A stretch of DNA of 50,378 nt from Elusimicrobiota bacterium (lineage in GTDB: Bacteria; Elusimicrobiota; Elusimicrobia; F11). Where the stretch lies: the NCBI GenBank assembly GCA_043732015.1, contig JAYTIE010000261.1:1-50378 (forward strand), in the 5' to 3' direction. Of the stretch, positions 24,001-26,912 are shown piece after piece (position 1 is the stretch's first letter; every line of letters starts with the position of its first letter). Both the position numbers and the translations under genes were made by a program. The notes beneath the pieces were generated by a model. It saw only the letters and a program-made list of their open reading frames with translations. It was not told where the DNA came from and ran no database searches.

Positions 24001-26912
24001 TCAGCATTCACGATCAAAGCGACCGGCGGGATCGCCTGGAACGAGGGATCCCCCTGAAACGCCACCAGCGCCTTGACGAGGTCTGCCGCCCGCTTGGCTT
24101 GCTCACGGCGCGCCTTGACCGGGGTGCCCGTCAGCGTTGCGATATTGATGGCGGGTTCGAAGAGATTCTCAGGGATGGGCTGCTGGTCCAGGAATCCGCG
24201 CGGAAGCAGGGCTTCCAGTTGGTTGAATATTTTATTGAGTCCAAGCTTCGCCCACTGTTTCTCGCGGTTCCTGACGAAATGGTCGAGGATCTTGACCGTG
24301 TCGCCGAACAGGCTTTGCGCCACCTCGCGAGCCGGGAAGACTTTCCGTGCCGCGTCCCATTGCGCAAATTCACCGGGCGTCATTTCATCTGACGTGAAGA
24401 TGCGCCCCGTTTCGTCCTGGTTCGCGAGTTTGGAGAAGGTTCCGGAAGGGACGGTCGGCCCCCAGTTCCGGGCAGCCGCTATCTCGAGGGCCTTCCGGAT
24501 CAGCGGATCGAAATCAGGATCATTCCGAAACATTTCGGAGTTTTCGGAGAAAATTTGAACGAGCGCATCCAGGTCGTCCGACGTCAGAAGCTGCGCGGTC
24601 TGTCTCGGCTGCGCCACCTCCTTCAGCGTTTCCACCGGACTGACTTCCGGTGTCTTCTCATTCGCCTTTTGATCGCCCGAGAGATAACGCCGTCGAAGAG
24701 AGGCGACCAGTCCGAGACCCGTCAGGCCGACGATCGCCGCCAGAAGCGCGGGCATCCCCAGACCAAAGGAAAAAGCGATTTGCCCCACGGCCGAATCTCC
24801 CGCCTGGGCGATGAGCGGGGTCAGCACCATGACCAGCACCGAGACCGCGGTCAACCGGACACTGTGGCCACGACCCACGATCGCAAGAAGGAATTCAACC
24901 GCCAGCCGGACGCCGCAGAAGAAAAGGTAGGGAATACTCAGGAAGAACGCCCCGCCCGGACGAAGCATCGACATCCAGAATGCGCTGATCGCCCGATTGA
25001 GGAGTCCCGTCATCTGTCCGATGCCGAATGACAGCCCTTCGGAAGGAACGGCGATTTCACCTCCCACTGCGCGACCTTCTTCCGACACGGGATCGAGAGA
25101 AACGGAGTAGGGCTTTTCGTTCAATGTGAGAAGCGCGGTCCGCGCGTCGCTGGACAGCTGGCCGCCCACTCCCGTTACCGGGGTGAGGAGAGATCCCCCT
25201 GCGGCAAGTGTCTGCGCCGCCGTGAGAAGCAGCGCGGGCTGAACGACCGCCGCGCCATTGACCTGGTACGGACTGACAAAAAGTTTTTCACCTGCGAACA
25301 GCTTTTCAACCGGCGTCTGTTCGCGCGAGAAGATGGAGAGATAGTCCGAACCCTTCGAGAGATCGACCTTCGTGACCTTCGGCGCAACGATCACGTAAGG
25401 GATATTTTTCTGCCGGAGCATCTCGGCCAGTTCCGCCGTGTGATAGCCGCCAGCGACCAGCGCACGCGCCTTCGACGAGGGCTGAAGGAGGAGATTGGAG
25501 ACAATTTTTTTGCTGCGCTCGTCGGCGAACGTGTAGAAGTCTTCGGCGCCCGCGAGATCAATGTCAAAGGCGCGAGCGGCTTTCAGTTCCTTCCACCGGG
25601 TCCAGTCGCCCGGTGTCAGCTCGAATCGTAAAAGTTTTCCGGCGAGCTGAGCCTGCTCGGATTGCTCGGCCAGAGCGATCTGCTCCGGGCTGGTCTCCAG
25701 TTTTCTCAGCGCCGCAAGCTCCATGCGCTCCACGCCGTTGAACAGCGCTTCCGCCTTGATACCGTCGGAGAGCAGCACGTAACGGATGTAGTCGTCGAAC
25801 GCAGGCGTCTTCGAGAGATCGACGCCCTTGGCGGCGCACAAAGCTTTCAGGTTTTCATAGTACGCGGCGTAACTGACCTGGCCACCGCGGTAAGCAACGC
25901 TCACCGCGAGAAGATTCCGCGCTTCCACCTCGCTTAACCGGACAACCAGCTTCTCAATCGCGGAACGCCGTTCCCGGTCCACGCGGACGAAGTCGATGGA
26001 CGATTCCATGTCAAACGCTTGAATGAAACGCTCGACAGCGAAATCCGTTTCGCTTCCCTGCGCGACGAGCCGCTTGGCAAACACACCGAGGCCCACCGAT
26101 CCCCCGTGATAGGCGGATCGAAGCGCATCAAATGCCAGGAGGTCGGCGCCGAAAACTGTTTTCTTGGTGCGATCCAATTCCGCCGCGCGCACTTCCAGTG
26201 TTCTGGAAAGGCGGCCGATCGACGCGTTAACGGACAGGTACGCGCGAACGTTGTCGCGGTAAGCCGCCTTGTCGTCAACACCGACAAATCGGGCGGTGAG
26301 ATCGGGGGCGACCATTCCGGCGTACGTGGGCGCCGCGGTGCGATTGAATTTCAGGAATCCGTCGGCAACGCGTTTGACGATGCGTTTGTCGGAGAAGGCG
26401 CGAATGGCTTTGAAATCAAGCGGCGCGAATGCGCCTTCCAGCGCGATCGTGTCCACGGCGCGCGCTTCAAGAAGGGACGAGAGCAGCGTGGCCGTGTTCC
26501 GCTGCGCTTCCAGGTTCATGTGAATGTCCTGGATCAGCAGGACCGGGACCTGGTTCCCTACTCGGGGATCAAAAACATCTTTGATGCTGACGGCGGTCTG
26601 AGGGATAGCGGCCACGAGCGGCCGAAGCCGGGGTGAGACCTGGGCCGATTGCGTGTTGTTGCGTCCTGCGGGAAGAGCGGCTTTGATCTGCGGAAGCGTG
26701 TCTAAAAGACGCTGTGAATTTCCAGGGGCCTGGAAACCGGCGGGCAGTCCCGCGAGATCCGCGCGCTTTTCGGCAGCCGCTTTTCTCCGGGAATTCCAGA
26801 TCTCCGCCTGCTGGCTGGCTTCCGCCAATGGAATCGCGACGGCCTCATACGAGAGGAGGCCGGCGAGCAGAATCGCCACGGATTTACGGAATGAAATAGC
26901 TAGACGATGCAC
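1..26912 (-). CDS. Giant multidomain, multi-pass membrane protein B, truncated at its 3' end by the window edge (at least 8,970 codons in window)
   Basis: The minus frame whose codon first bases fall at coordinates = 2 mod 3 has no stop from 27041 down to 1. No tracked minus ORF within 1..27000 lies in this frame. The first start codon after the upstream stop is GTG at 26912-26910. The translation begins (M)HRLAISFRKSVAILLAGLLSYEAVAIPLAEASQQAEIWNSRRK, which aligns with gene A AFSFRKCLSLILCGVMLYEVAGLPLAEAEGYGQVWDQRRK. It stays alignable for about 550 aa, for example VLLIQDIHMNLEAQRN vs VLIVQDVHLNAEAQGN and VDRERRSAIEKLVVRLS vs VDRERRTVVEKLAVRLS. The ORF is absent from the track presumably because no stop lies in the window. 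Confidence 0.9.
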   Translation of the reverse strand, partial: MHRLAISFRKSVAILLAGLLSYEAVAIPLAEASQQAEIWNSRRKAAAEKRADLAGLPAGFQAPGNSQRLLDTLPQIKAALPAGRNNTQSAQVSPRLRPLVAAIPQTAVSIKDVFDPRVGNQVPVLLIQDIHMNLEAQRNTATLLSSLLEARAVDTIALEGAFAPLDFKAIRAFSDKRIVKRVADGFLKFNRTAAPTYAGMVAPDLTARFVGVDDKAAYRDNVRAYLSVNASIGRLSRTLEVRAAELDRTKKTVFGADLLAFDALRSAYHGGSVGLGVFAKRLVAQGSETDFAVERFIQAFDMESSIDFVRVDRERRSAIEKLVVRLSEVEARNLLAVSVAYRGGQVSYAAYYENLKALCAAKGVDLSKTPAFDDYIRYVLLSDGIKAEALFNGVERMELAALRKLETSPEQIALAEQSEQAQLAGKLLRFELTPGDWTRWKELKAARAFDIDLAGAEDFYTFADERSKKIVSNLLLQPSSKARALVAGGYHTAELAEMLRQKNIPYVIVAPKVTKVDLSKGSDYLSIFSREQTPVEKLFAGEKLFVSPYQVNGAAVVQPALLLTAAQTLAAGGSLLTPVTGVGGQLSSDARTALLTLNEKPYSVSLDPVSEEGRAVGGEIAVPSEGLSFGIGQMTGLLNRAISAFWMSMLRPGGAFFLSIPYLFFCGVRLAVEFLLAIVGRGHSVRLTAVSVLVMVLTPLIAQAGDSAVGQIAFSFGLGMPALLAAIVGLTGLGLVASLRRRYLSGDQKANEKTPEVSPVETLKEVAQPRQTAQLLTSDDLDALVQIFSENSEMFRNDPDFDPLIRKALEIAAARNWGPTVPSGTFSKLANQDETGRIFTSDEMTPGEFAQWDAARKVFPAREVAQSLFGDTVKILDHFVRNREKQWAKLGLNKIFNQLEALLPRGFLDQQPIPENLFEPAINIATLTGTPVKARREQAKRAADLVKALVAFQGDPSFQAIPPVALIVNADFGTGPDHAYYVRINQAEWMRVRLTKKNVPRYETVAEANLPEGMNLWQLAPRGNLPLLDRLIRQKTTYTSDTPAPWIVARAQPVLAVASAVTTLEPRTAEQAGRQTFSVSFPRQGRFRVIVIGKDDSLSVSDWQDRPGSVTLTLNEGDSAVVETLPRNLQGGRDPGLEMGRVTLTVTKGVPAGQTELEFKKSELTAPQASAEPPVPVVSLEALIGMDAISDELGAIASAITSPFNVVEQNPLLTLNNVIVEGVAAVVANDPVAMAPVTPPATPPANTGAEEVSSSDANGPTTPVVITPNGRGPPAGRRLLGLLGPGGWSYKWLAILAILGGVLAFFTLNNVFQNLNGPGGNAPVVQENEKEKGKDTKEPGLLPDNPDLKDLQPREKRRDIFNPQRAALSLLQKAAYGDTRDPRRVLTPDEERRHASAVGEGKVPGIPGVIEERLGKETQKATKGVADVRELANRAKANEQIGARHAEVQKIVDSDTFAMAVYTDSWEIVNSKGSPLRFATSEDVSEFLVANRTNVVYELASSREDDPAERQALIATLARKGISLGPTGQLLNPEQLPSLLALREKEGRSFSIRIFVKTGKAEGPSRFEIVTGDVAKLETTRGILRNARIRDNKAALTGELAGIPLDLNRGKIPVEIFRGVPRKYAPPTGSKFDHSTELSWAAPDGLLSSTVLLNLNDGATRIRNFGDQWRMLNPQLPMHGNGINEPKSPYSWRDLYWQTGEHGLPKEALFETDKGRVEPKENIGTVPGKAKQPGVDEEDRSDPRPVDDELTRTRNSSYKNVNDAFPKENKYPFSSTDKTGIAYLYDTSITAVFLGTTGRAADLNKAINLLDLVGTEWPRNGDVTYFNGKGQRVKFEKGVMMTGADAKTGAAAEYFVDSGQVLHYGIALSNILQRMPKDHPKRAALIGHLREVAEYALIMQSAEGGIRNGPWGRMIEKDGKLVEDEKSQKFGTQDRANHFTLEHHGDAILLLNSASTLLGDAKYSAAAARAQKFAMDNMWNAKAHRFYAGTYRDPDRPNAAIDRTDLTKEMNRYPTDQVWFFSMVGLNRLVTGNTPVMPITEVVLMLKEMDKEHGVRDGEKRLLGYDFVANRKDLKLGGPDSIISFEWTAEVVALKLELAAILEINPPTEKWFRENADVNLRTDAATLRAEALAVMRIQASLGRLKDGRRPYAVTPDGKSAFGVQTGFGFNTMGSTKEDGSLIADAYPGIVAGGRNPVANAAGEINFGVRAGQLPPLAETKSPNMSSRNPVIRDTGTGITTGGALFTQRKTLPAEPDFPGAGVLPPSFPAGVEITMDGKKLKLPIDPDPRGSEHPVRQHLVNQDVIPALGPDGKPFVITADQLIQLRDVDGKSWVVLVDPRNDGKVITWEELVQFGHAKNQKVDIVAKRLGLEVYVLEPKKQEGLFPPGSAQAGRRIMAAGGLKVFSGEAALAYGLLKAQTAYNRELATAHGAVEARLDTDLDMALLNFDGTAYEGAAAKGLEVHLGEQVLDWADAGRVQIQVKIKDKWTAITTHDFIYRDAPSYISKAVAKGDLRYLVVKGPNGEPIPEANQKEVTTIDQLMSRNQVLVFGPGGIRVAPHEMIGKRESYSMWVFNDREPDGSIKKVTDPSINKFFPTIKNERQLKDPDFGRAFRDLLKEVDMSGSVPARFAHKRSVRERDFTLRQIGVAVTQVYGFIVKGDGSDPLNSWEDLRAAAVRPGEMAAAFDKLSPEERATARLIKTETLKYGLWEDGTIASIEGLDQRGAQYRKVFFTDPVKDRKIRYEKGPIGAVESRTDGTVAAFHSPLSVRAPMDSSGPIWDFVQKTQMISRAQNIKDGVYKGTYMDITTKRSADTTMITMTFTPKWPGSDGKSVTETFPDFSGTGLSGWVASVIESGILEKLTYDYDHLRELGVINVGDDLEHLYARETNNFYPDALKAAALKGEAGPYNLDFFNQNTDPKMAFGPAFDGVLGMRRPVQVKGPDGKDTFEWRIVTLGPERAMDELRDKHRRLYVLPFVQFFTRGAYSTSGAFSKIEQLYMKRRLAFAEALGYSEQPLPGLPYSPHDWKLPADVAAKIKPFLSGREPSPADVMSDEAVIYFLNLSPFEKVEYMEWLNKMVASGAMSWTEPYLTPFPGLAIEMPEDTRADLIRKRAMSGWEEKLTIGRRRPFSYSVPPPGTSNKYAPTELYQGDDYTRFPNFFGSYYPSRADVATAIRMGGRYGLGSYLGYNTSIARDARPMVMKDGKLVKNDRYGYSIGFGKLAAERAFLDGVNQLGTAPMTLLALTSSGDFQGAITRYKNGKDTSWGAKERFWFLDPTGQNLRTLAEADIIINPTGDFAYQFKNGSGSVDEIRGVYRGGLQNQQEEVLLRKHQMDVADARAKVRKAGGGYIHSKAEGNPVQAFTVEAHPKGDSGDFQVVLEKAKIGAKKSDIGGKKVDDEAQIDRIAWENAEGKYVVQGRTLRRYDLEGRFIESWTEIPSSEDRAAEVDAWKRMIADYPKYAEVEQKGGYRKYDAESLRMVEAKPGDAGIDEATAKMAEANYGERVGAGVNGVFRVTEGGKEFIYEIIATPRSVELAKYQLVDPTKLDIEATLGALQADVARLYGQTKLTDSQKKAIDSNTSEANDVKAVFKPGNGGGAIVLSADTSFLRVERDRPGEKKGAAYQRLRDEFNAAIPNPYAQDDLIKQVKTPIFVRTNKDGVKEVVILVADPTAKMPSGYTEAEEANRRLILNENREAMLGWAKNEAKAGRYPANHDVLAESTPDKVDDKQRPVFEGGLAKFKSWPIASPRDGDGNPTGPPVIEFRDVNGNVARRVMPGGMVLDMDKAAGDRLSLETLMVVEIPAQQIFKGKVVMNFKLEEFREAGKLMGFWIRGTPTADAPVGLTAKNSYFAPVHVGKTAAGKDIVIFRAISEGNDLERDVTAFGDNGLAEYTQHQVFENGKWLGTRETRPGLIEIERDGVKAKVRGVDNDGNYVDTITNLRTGQVQTEHVNAMGQVVRVDSGYQTTYNSGFIRHPITGGWIPSNVVVEEGGRAVERRVIDRDGYAYLLETGKTKIMRYLVVPERNGRDVLSSEKPDFVEYLNAAGEVLSRETTTLEFIEGRPATVRSYTKTTEYDTVEAAKIQRDFGVRGVLIPKFTLDPEGHKTHLYSLAPVTTEVVKDEVTGKSYTFPVIQINVRLSRDPVIVAKANARALSAGTPINKDAVLKELENKRDKGVTTTYRVNLMQEKGVRDVRVRRSKIENFLGDVTAFQYEIPNASGLASWSGTKKAGSPVVMNANVPLGADGKLVSNPETGAVVPGATLPLTVTGLSPVREFERTDATAPLESFRDNLINSAGQIVERKMAVGTAQSVLGSHAHNELSGYWDALISVSIPTPIGPGGLLGAELYRTYIDPNTGLGTTFRDPLEAILLQMIEGNEGARRDGIPGVIDQAGQIVPAVFNAPVGEILNLVMQVGNQEGVQGPVAGPQAVVTESVEKNLAAARAFVRASLANRIFPESSGDLQLQGVSFLYDAIMTARTLAGTGIKEDLQDAIALMARLDEMWPTRDDVFYLNKKNERVAMPKVWVTGSKTGTRGDKTVKAAEFNVDSGPISLVGVVAANLRAAVTPGSPEDLMLQRLMLRSADFTLLMQRENGAIPHGPLGKLGDTRDQNFGGDRERIPRWTVYTTEHQIDAYAIFMRNYELTKDERYRLAADKVLSFLLDNCWDAKESRFRAGWLPGIDRNLDISANILPTDANAWAVTLIGIDKIIGYRNARGQQVVKISDIHTMFQKMDEQHSIRNDKNEIVGYDFTGNRERFRLAAAGNLAVAAEVKGRLKALREAKTDIEKDAARIELDAAVNRFHDRTPDWSAVFSPELTSQLLMAQVEFNAWLTAHPAEAKALGPTATGYEDRARGVAGRILGVKRLPGGGRGYAYFKVDEVAPGINTTLGWSTQGEAPSLISENFLLMLALGQNPVAPLDRVIRLNNLLIVVTPAAAPVNPAVPPVVVPARPVVPVEAIPDNLRVTAPAVRPLALNDADGKALPATKATVQARPRDLGTGLSSSLTKEEIGGDGRLRSGTFSTSDQVAAALSDLRSKDTASGNKIFTFFFKEYARQARTPEGFRGFAHMYRTHLPGRANEVGVTVPVGPEMETDLTLYPGAPETGPLTDTGSNLWVGILAMQRYHATKDPDALLLAKSVVKWVSGMNGDSVGVVMGPKAGEHPWPNIYSTRDNSLYYSLLNNLMSAVPGDRDMPFWRTEFGGVQGLLRNVLTDAKGVPYSGASLNEKKQFIADGTAYFDSSTIYFLALGPDGIAGIGRDPRVVFETIRARYAVTIEKNGVRYNGFDFTDTEGRLNANRKEMISFEATAQMRSACLVMAEFYKKTPDAARYKAEADDLLKTMNAFRDSTSGNIPMASKRENTVVNLLLTPAVSNGSLGARSWFELSADSNPLQPEGVLFAPVPKVDIPVLPESTLAPQVRNDENEGSRNMASNDHFNLRDGKAGVTTTFDSEAIVKVGNPLHPERPEVKDPRNGQKLRELLKIRKDDAWFPQAIVSNYDGKTIREFSIQVIPDEDVAELGLPGGENGIVKGAPVYVVTTRLPKPDGTFNEFHQFWARFPIKSNVPGEQRSAYAIGRADDPDGFRIFTFRPERARPLAASGYEYFRKIPSKAGQPGGFVKRESITIEGNSAVRYKDTDRFGYPLKGFIYSVGGKAIPVDSFVDDKFNFISQKIGNEEEIPDKDSGVILNTLTSFGSLPYLVSAYTDGWHSLNARLWRLTQMGHSVSEMEFVNEYRLPNGRLGEQKFVITKVFDISGNSVMSNNHDSGVSTHYLPLGEKDFDKNEIVKVLRDVRSSGLDTFEVLSHDTYAGLEVRTYSLPVVAFKPPVQGKERELKEYTYVAEYGADIRRANKGKILNEVRRVEVISYGPKGNERPMLLMTETTSDREHVTMKFTRYNRFKLPSETETEVYVVDSNRKEVARRVSRVLQFNDAGEVIQNENGDFKYEVTDKTMEKVWTEFMTFEGQGSRNVEAISAGRSTILRREVATSTVWNPVAGEWMTRDGYTEFMDGLNGQTVSRPETRRFLSINDLTGEGTWEVQNVATGERTIETLDENGNIVSAFNPNTNQFTTYDVKNQDKVFEKTGRRVRIPTAIYVRDGAKDRKVWEYDDVKLIPDAKTLTHIELTRRSTVSSRRQVELLEIAPVLTYAADPKDGRKTILARIEESRVVSTQDYFHRPGRPDDRVSGTRTTHSYNAENVLTGQVRVDMNPDTKAWEEDKKHTTTIELLPSGIPDLATPELLPGSMKTLLDAGANPLKDSRGNVIDPSAMFAVSGNLTRTTVTDSRGQTLSVLMDGQGRVLRSMSPSLEGTTVVFNADHVWDAEQGAFKPRLLLSTEKTRDGVYVPAMLDELRLTPNGQVARFDGTRITRDGMNTVSEGVKNTTIADRIFLGATYRDESTDENKRTPRNLEIKRIFDEGGDLFQESSQAFYGGVANADWVTQMHARYPGSDVASGRTMFANGTWITDTKVRDPNPVVDLTSLSGIDPEVRAKLPRNVMVTASIVERRNGAVSTTYTAQNDTLKRSVATEQPAEGNLKGRLEINVAWVPGTGQTQEGYVMIDEKWVKHSINVTDQFPNDGYQVMRTVTRAGEVEDTFIIGNSTLGLPRKAVRGAVTTYNLYSPADVALVGSHGEGKVEENNEISKLAPDMPLVRVAVISDSPGAKPKLAMISRLESMEELEGIPGKGFVYSTEPKLPAQYGMVGEVMLPSGSLYYQDFQGAGWALPQNTRLYFGTDGFPSFSTANGNLYFQFKSIPFAATPEASKGYVWVYGAPVNPTGSKQLVDLNDGELYLFHNGYLVMQLKGPWGPSQPNAGTTGTLYNSPLTNFFGLPVRQAIHADPQAEFGAPAVNPEELNRQGLELLTGKDPRLKNTPFNGKVPEWVGRKPLAEAWTIFSLRIPSFKVPDWIEATPFAAVAAYLASGFTIPWFITFPLAWIAFILIIGFITNFWFRGAKRQQREMYKKLQNIVPQTKSLFAAVLHRIVPSLEKAPIERVFHSATMSEYQYQTLQNTLVADDVDPFISQVESIVDMYPQARFFGSVLRDFQSQGLLTPEVVRRVMRRMGERPFENIWGVRRLWDAVIRETFADYIDDAFNAIDFNAVYGAAGDREYNAAQRERIRGMITEHLSNILAQDASVGTYKGFVKKEGRNILINRPQLIREKDDKGKEVEKFLALNPDGSPTERSLRTWVWREVFIMSTSKTEMMGEYSGRSRLLNFLMRQAAQMVDAGQGDQVRRLVAAHAMFWQALLKDQGQYRGQPNGKLLRSRAAGLDLNVDGRNIKPADLFLNADLDELFRNVEDPLEKLRPELSAIIGTDPPGKIEWMEALAKYLFTRFPNRATESVQLEFQDIADVLKSATNKSTGQKDPLLASFEGRTGIMGMTHVILPLPFHASRNGLEAFLRFWNFKGPAVWVATSLFDDSRSSGMRKIPALLMKPVYATLNLVFAIPVLIAPLIAALAGFLAVGTFIGFVPVVLGLTPIIWLTIASGALLAMLAWRWDLFMSRRLSKGPSGEPDGKAMRFWMWSFLSWAAYMSALSFGVFIYISAWAAISQTGAVGFVTAFIPLTLFAVVTLPAITNIGIGVKAWTEGKRKRSAVTGGTTLEDLVGLFNPLHWMRGILSGKITRTPLMKLWDWPSGRLSRYIKVNANTIDPITGHTVGDQWVQLAEFLHDRHYIDQEEADGIISGNLEIRPRSEYARDQLKQFINLLYMQKPGIDYWEARFSQTEMVSAAGDAQYMEFWNRVNAKGSQDWQDTKLHYYSERMPVDWSNFIENLRGNPKFRSAEAVALINELEGIQKNVPVKTGRRTREVIAIIRETELWINRRGYANFRTMDSLNLKRSVMLSDVENYVYSEKYQQMKQYLTGHRAVPLEAEGQPPAERLEGLPRMDGPKPNGDRRYASEIDAAKALRLKAERASRGEGTIEPWETEYLRMYAEYWEEVLRKYQVILREDNIAAQLVFGQGMNPLSKGGTPNPQFPNLASFDLRDNLATFLSQEWETLERDLAAAGEERRDIGWGSAGLAGKPFEEFANYFEDYFVGGYDEVNNRPIFGIDDIIEEIKVKLREKLQEYGATPAELAAVDELASSAVYGLNDPLMHFAACAKVMEKYRDAAKAVAEAHGQLAAFQALPSWRRLVKLVPETVNSTVVPTSQVGSTNVVLRNFTLLRDYSKAQETLQNSDMTYFQASKTDANEGCKYGGWGRSMWSFLGQVLSGMDAAQNIEPVFAASSARAMREFTDPRIAMFLPAVYGNTNAVTPTAAASSGSESVWNTVGQRVKELTDVMGGYGKFYVEMEALKEFEGLQTDLVSEDIAMALTMILFGLMTKMDEYEQKGWRTAANLIIYLNPSGFKYPSGQVEYQEILGRIYMRFMLNTNVPVHWKIGLMFNSLFYNKKPFVLAAIVAFVVIGLILKWNAFIGLPMPVIWTLVGVFLAETINGTAYVRNIEKHGLLKGILLTSWLIIRNSPLFTMAIPSHVRGILDGMFGTAAFAMTSKAGDLIGTETGEVSFATLYSRSAVQWQIRLGAVLTTGLLLGMPLHPVLIVAWGLYLMWTLNNLAGAFVTTAAPPLWTPLQRWGGLAWVSVVAIVFLFGPWLFALAFGTTIPVWLMILFSWGNLAAAFAVSRVFRSVAWAYARAMADVVEIFFRPVNDFLVSLRAGRISMPSNRLFFGLFVGAGAAFAVFSSVVPFLIVCIILFTLSQFVNGLPIRSFEAKGADPIREWWRSVPGTGVRRLWNGFVELAPFLPTVKTAKISVIEKSKAFDGSLLALLNDVNVKVRHAAARALGLVVVPEANRAAVGAALIKAATQDPNTGVASRAFDSLSKVVTGAALLPFLQTGVNIANPALAVTHAAVRVRAAKALVSLYQNTATRDAALPEMQKALGSDDRVVIAIINAAMDKVPAADRISLLEERMPVTNDPAIMRKTSGFRGRAALELLKTARSGRDMAERVDSLTTLLLDREPTIAILGREALPRSLPTAA
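60..660 (-). repeat. Gene B HEAT-like (PBS-lyase-type) helical repeats at the last visible part of the protein
   Basis: LLNDVNVKVRHAAARALGLVV; ATQDPNTGVASRAFDSLSKVV; VTHAAVRVRAAKALVSLY; LGSDDRVVIAIINAAMDKV; TNDPAIMRKTSGFRGRAALELL. These fit the D.d..VR..Aa.aLg periodicity of about 30-35 aa. Confidence 0.55.
845..1770 (-). other. Gene B TM bundle downstream of the synthase-like domain (about 8-9 TM segments)
   Basis: KPFVLAAIVAFVVIGLIL ... MPVIWTLVGVFLAETI ... LLKGILLTSWLIIRNSPLFTMAI ... IRLGAVLTTGLLLGM ... VLIVAWGLYLMWTLNNLAGAFV ... LAWVSVVAIVFLFGPWLFALAFG ... IPVWLMILFSWGNLAAAFAV ... LFFGLFVGAGAAFAVFSSVVPFLIVCIILFTL. Confidence 0.75.
1770..4180 (-). other. Gene B ~800-aa cytosolic domain with colinear FKS/callose-synthase (GT48)-like motifs
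   Basis: Five motifs in the same order as, and with roughly comparable spacing to, fungal FKS1 and plant callose synthase (recalled from memory). (1) YYSERMPVDWSNFIENL at 3609-3660, cf. LHPVEWDCFVKDT / FPDEWTNFLERV. (2) TELWINRRGYANFRTMDSLNLKRSV at 3421-3485, cf. RIWASLRSQTLYRTISGF / LWASYRGQTLTRTVRGMM. (3) NFTLLRDYSKAQETLQNSDMTYFQASKTDANEG at ~2356-2440, cf. NQNHAIIFTRGEALQTIDMNQDNY. (4) LVSEDIAMAL with SED at 2007-2015, cf. LNEDIYAGM / LSEDIFAGF. (5) EYQEILGRIYMRF at 1828-1872, cf. GEQMLSREYYYLG. Flanked on both sides by TM bundles, as in FKS1. Confidence 0.58.
4185..4645 (-). other. Gene B TM bundle upstream of the synthase-like domain (about 5-6 TM segments)
   Basis: VYATLNLVFAIPVLIAPLIAALAGFLAVGTFIGFVPVVLGLTPIIWLTIASGALLAMLAW ... 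FWMWSFLSWAAYMSALSFGVFIYISAW ... GAVGFVTAFIPLTLFAVVTLPAI. Confidence 0.75.
6078..6205 (-). other. Gene B TM hairpin (2 TM segments)
   Basis: FAAVAAYLASGFTIPWFITFPLAWIAFILIIGFITNFWFRGAKRQQRE. Confidence 0.65.
6900..10650 (-). other. Gene B long beta-rich region with degenerate YD/RHS-like hairpin repeats
   Basis: Recurrent D-x-x-G-(N/R)-h ... Y-x-x-D patterns: FDISGNSVMS, ETLDENGNIVSAFNPNTNQFTTYDVKNQDKVF, VWEYDDVKLIPD, VTDSRGQTLSVLMDGQGRVLRSMSP, LTPNGQVARFDGTRITRDG. Reminiscent of, but far from identical to, the canonical GxxxRYxYDxxGRL YD repeat. Confidence 0.35.
10850..11610 (-). other. Gene B alpha/alpha-toroid-like module 3
   Basis: DTGSNLWVGILAMQRYHATKDPDALLLAKSVVKWVSGM; YSTRDNSLYYSLLNNL; DSSTIYFLALGPDG; RYNGFDFTDTEGRLNANRKEMISFEATAQMRSACLVMAEFYKKTPDAARYKAEADDLL. 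Confidence 0.45.
12590..13540 (-). other. Gene B alpha/alpha-toroid-like module 2
   Basis: GVSFLYDAIMTARTLAGTG; LMLRSADFTLLMQRENGAIPHGPLG; VYTTEHQIDAYAIFMRNYELTKDERYRLAADKVLSFLLDNCWDAKESRFRAG; LPTDANAWAVTLIG; IVGYDFTGNRERFRLAAAGNLAVAAEV. Colinear with module 1. Confidence 0.5.
20590..21600 (-). other. Gene B alpha/alpha-toroid-like module 1
   Basis: IAYLYDTSITAVFLGTTG; VLHYGIALSNILQRM; LREVAEYALIMQSAEGGIRNGPWG; NHFTLEHHGDAILLLNSASTLLGDAKYSAAAARAQKFAMDNMWNAKAHRFYAG; YPTDQVWFFSMVG; LLGYDFVANRKDLKLGGPDSIISFEWTAEVVALKLELA. The A..F...MQ...GG...GPWG element recalls QW-type motifs of alpha/alpha toroids. Confidence 0.5.
22990..23060 (-). other. Gene B single TM segment
   Basis: GWSYKWLAILAILGGVLAFFTLNNVF, preceded by a Pro/Thr/Ala-rich linker. 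Confidence 0.6.
24690..25000 (-). other. Gene B hydrophobic cluster 1 (about 4 TM segments)
   Basis: AFWMSMLRPGGAFFLSIPYLFFCGVRLAVEFLLAIVG ... LTAVSVLVMVLTPLIAQA ... IAFSFGLGMPALLAAIVGLTGLGLVASL. Same position relative to the TraB-like domain as in gene A. Confidence 0.65.
25275..26549 (-). other. Gene B TraB/GumN/TIKI-superfamily-like domain (aa ~122-546), paralogous to that of gene A
   Basis: VLLIQDIH-MNLEAQ...DTIALEGAFA; FADERSKKIVSNLLL; ALVAGGYHTAELAEMLRQKNI (GGYH at 25440-25451). The tail is conserved with gene A: KVDLSKGSDYLSIFSREQTPVEKLFAGEKLFVSP vs HVDLSDASGYLSVFAREKTPLDRLFAGEKLFIAP. Confidence 0.5.
26820..26882 (-). other. Gene B N-terminal signal anchor or signal peptide
   Basis: ISFRK followed by SVAILLAGLLSYEAVAIPLAEA, homologous to the gene A N-terminus. 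Confidence 0.65.
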
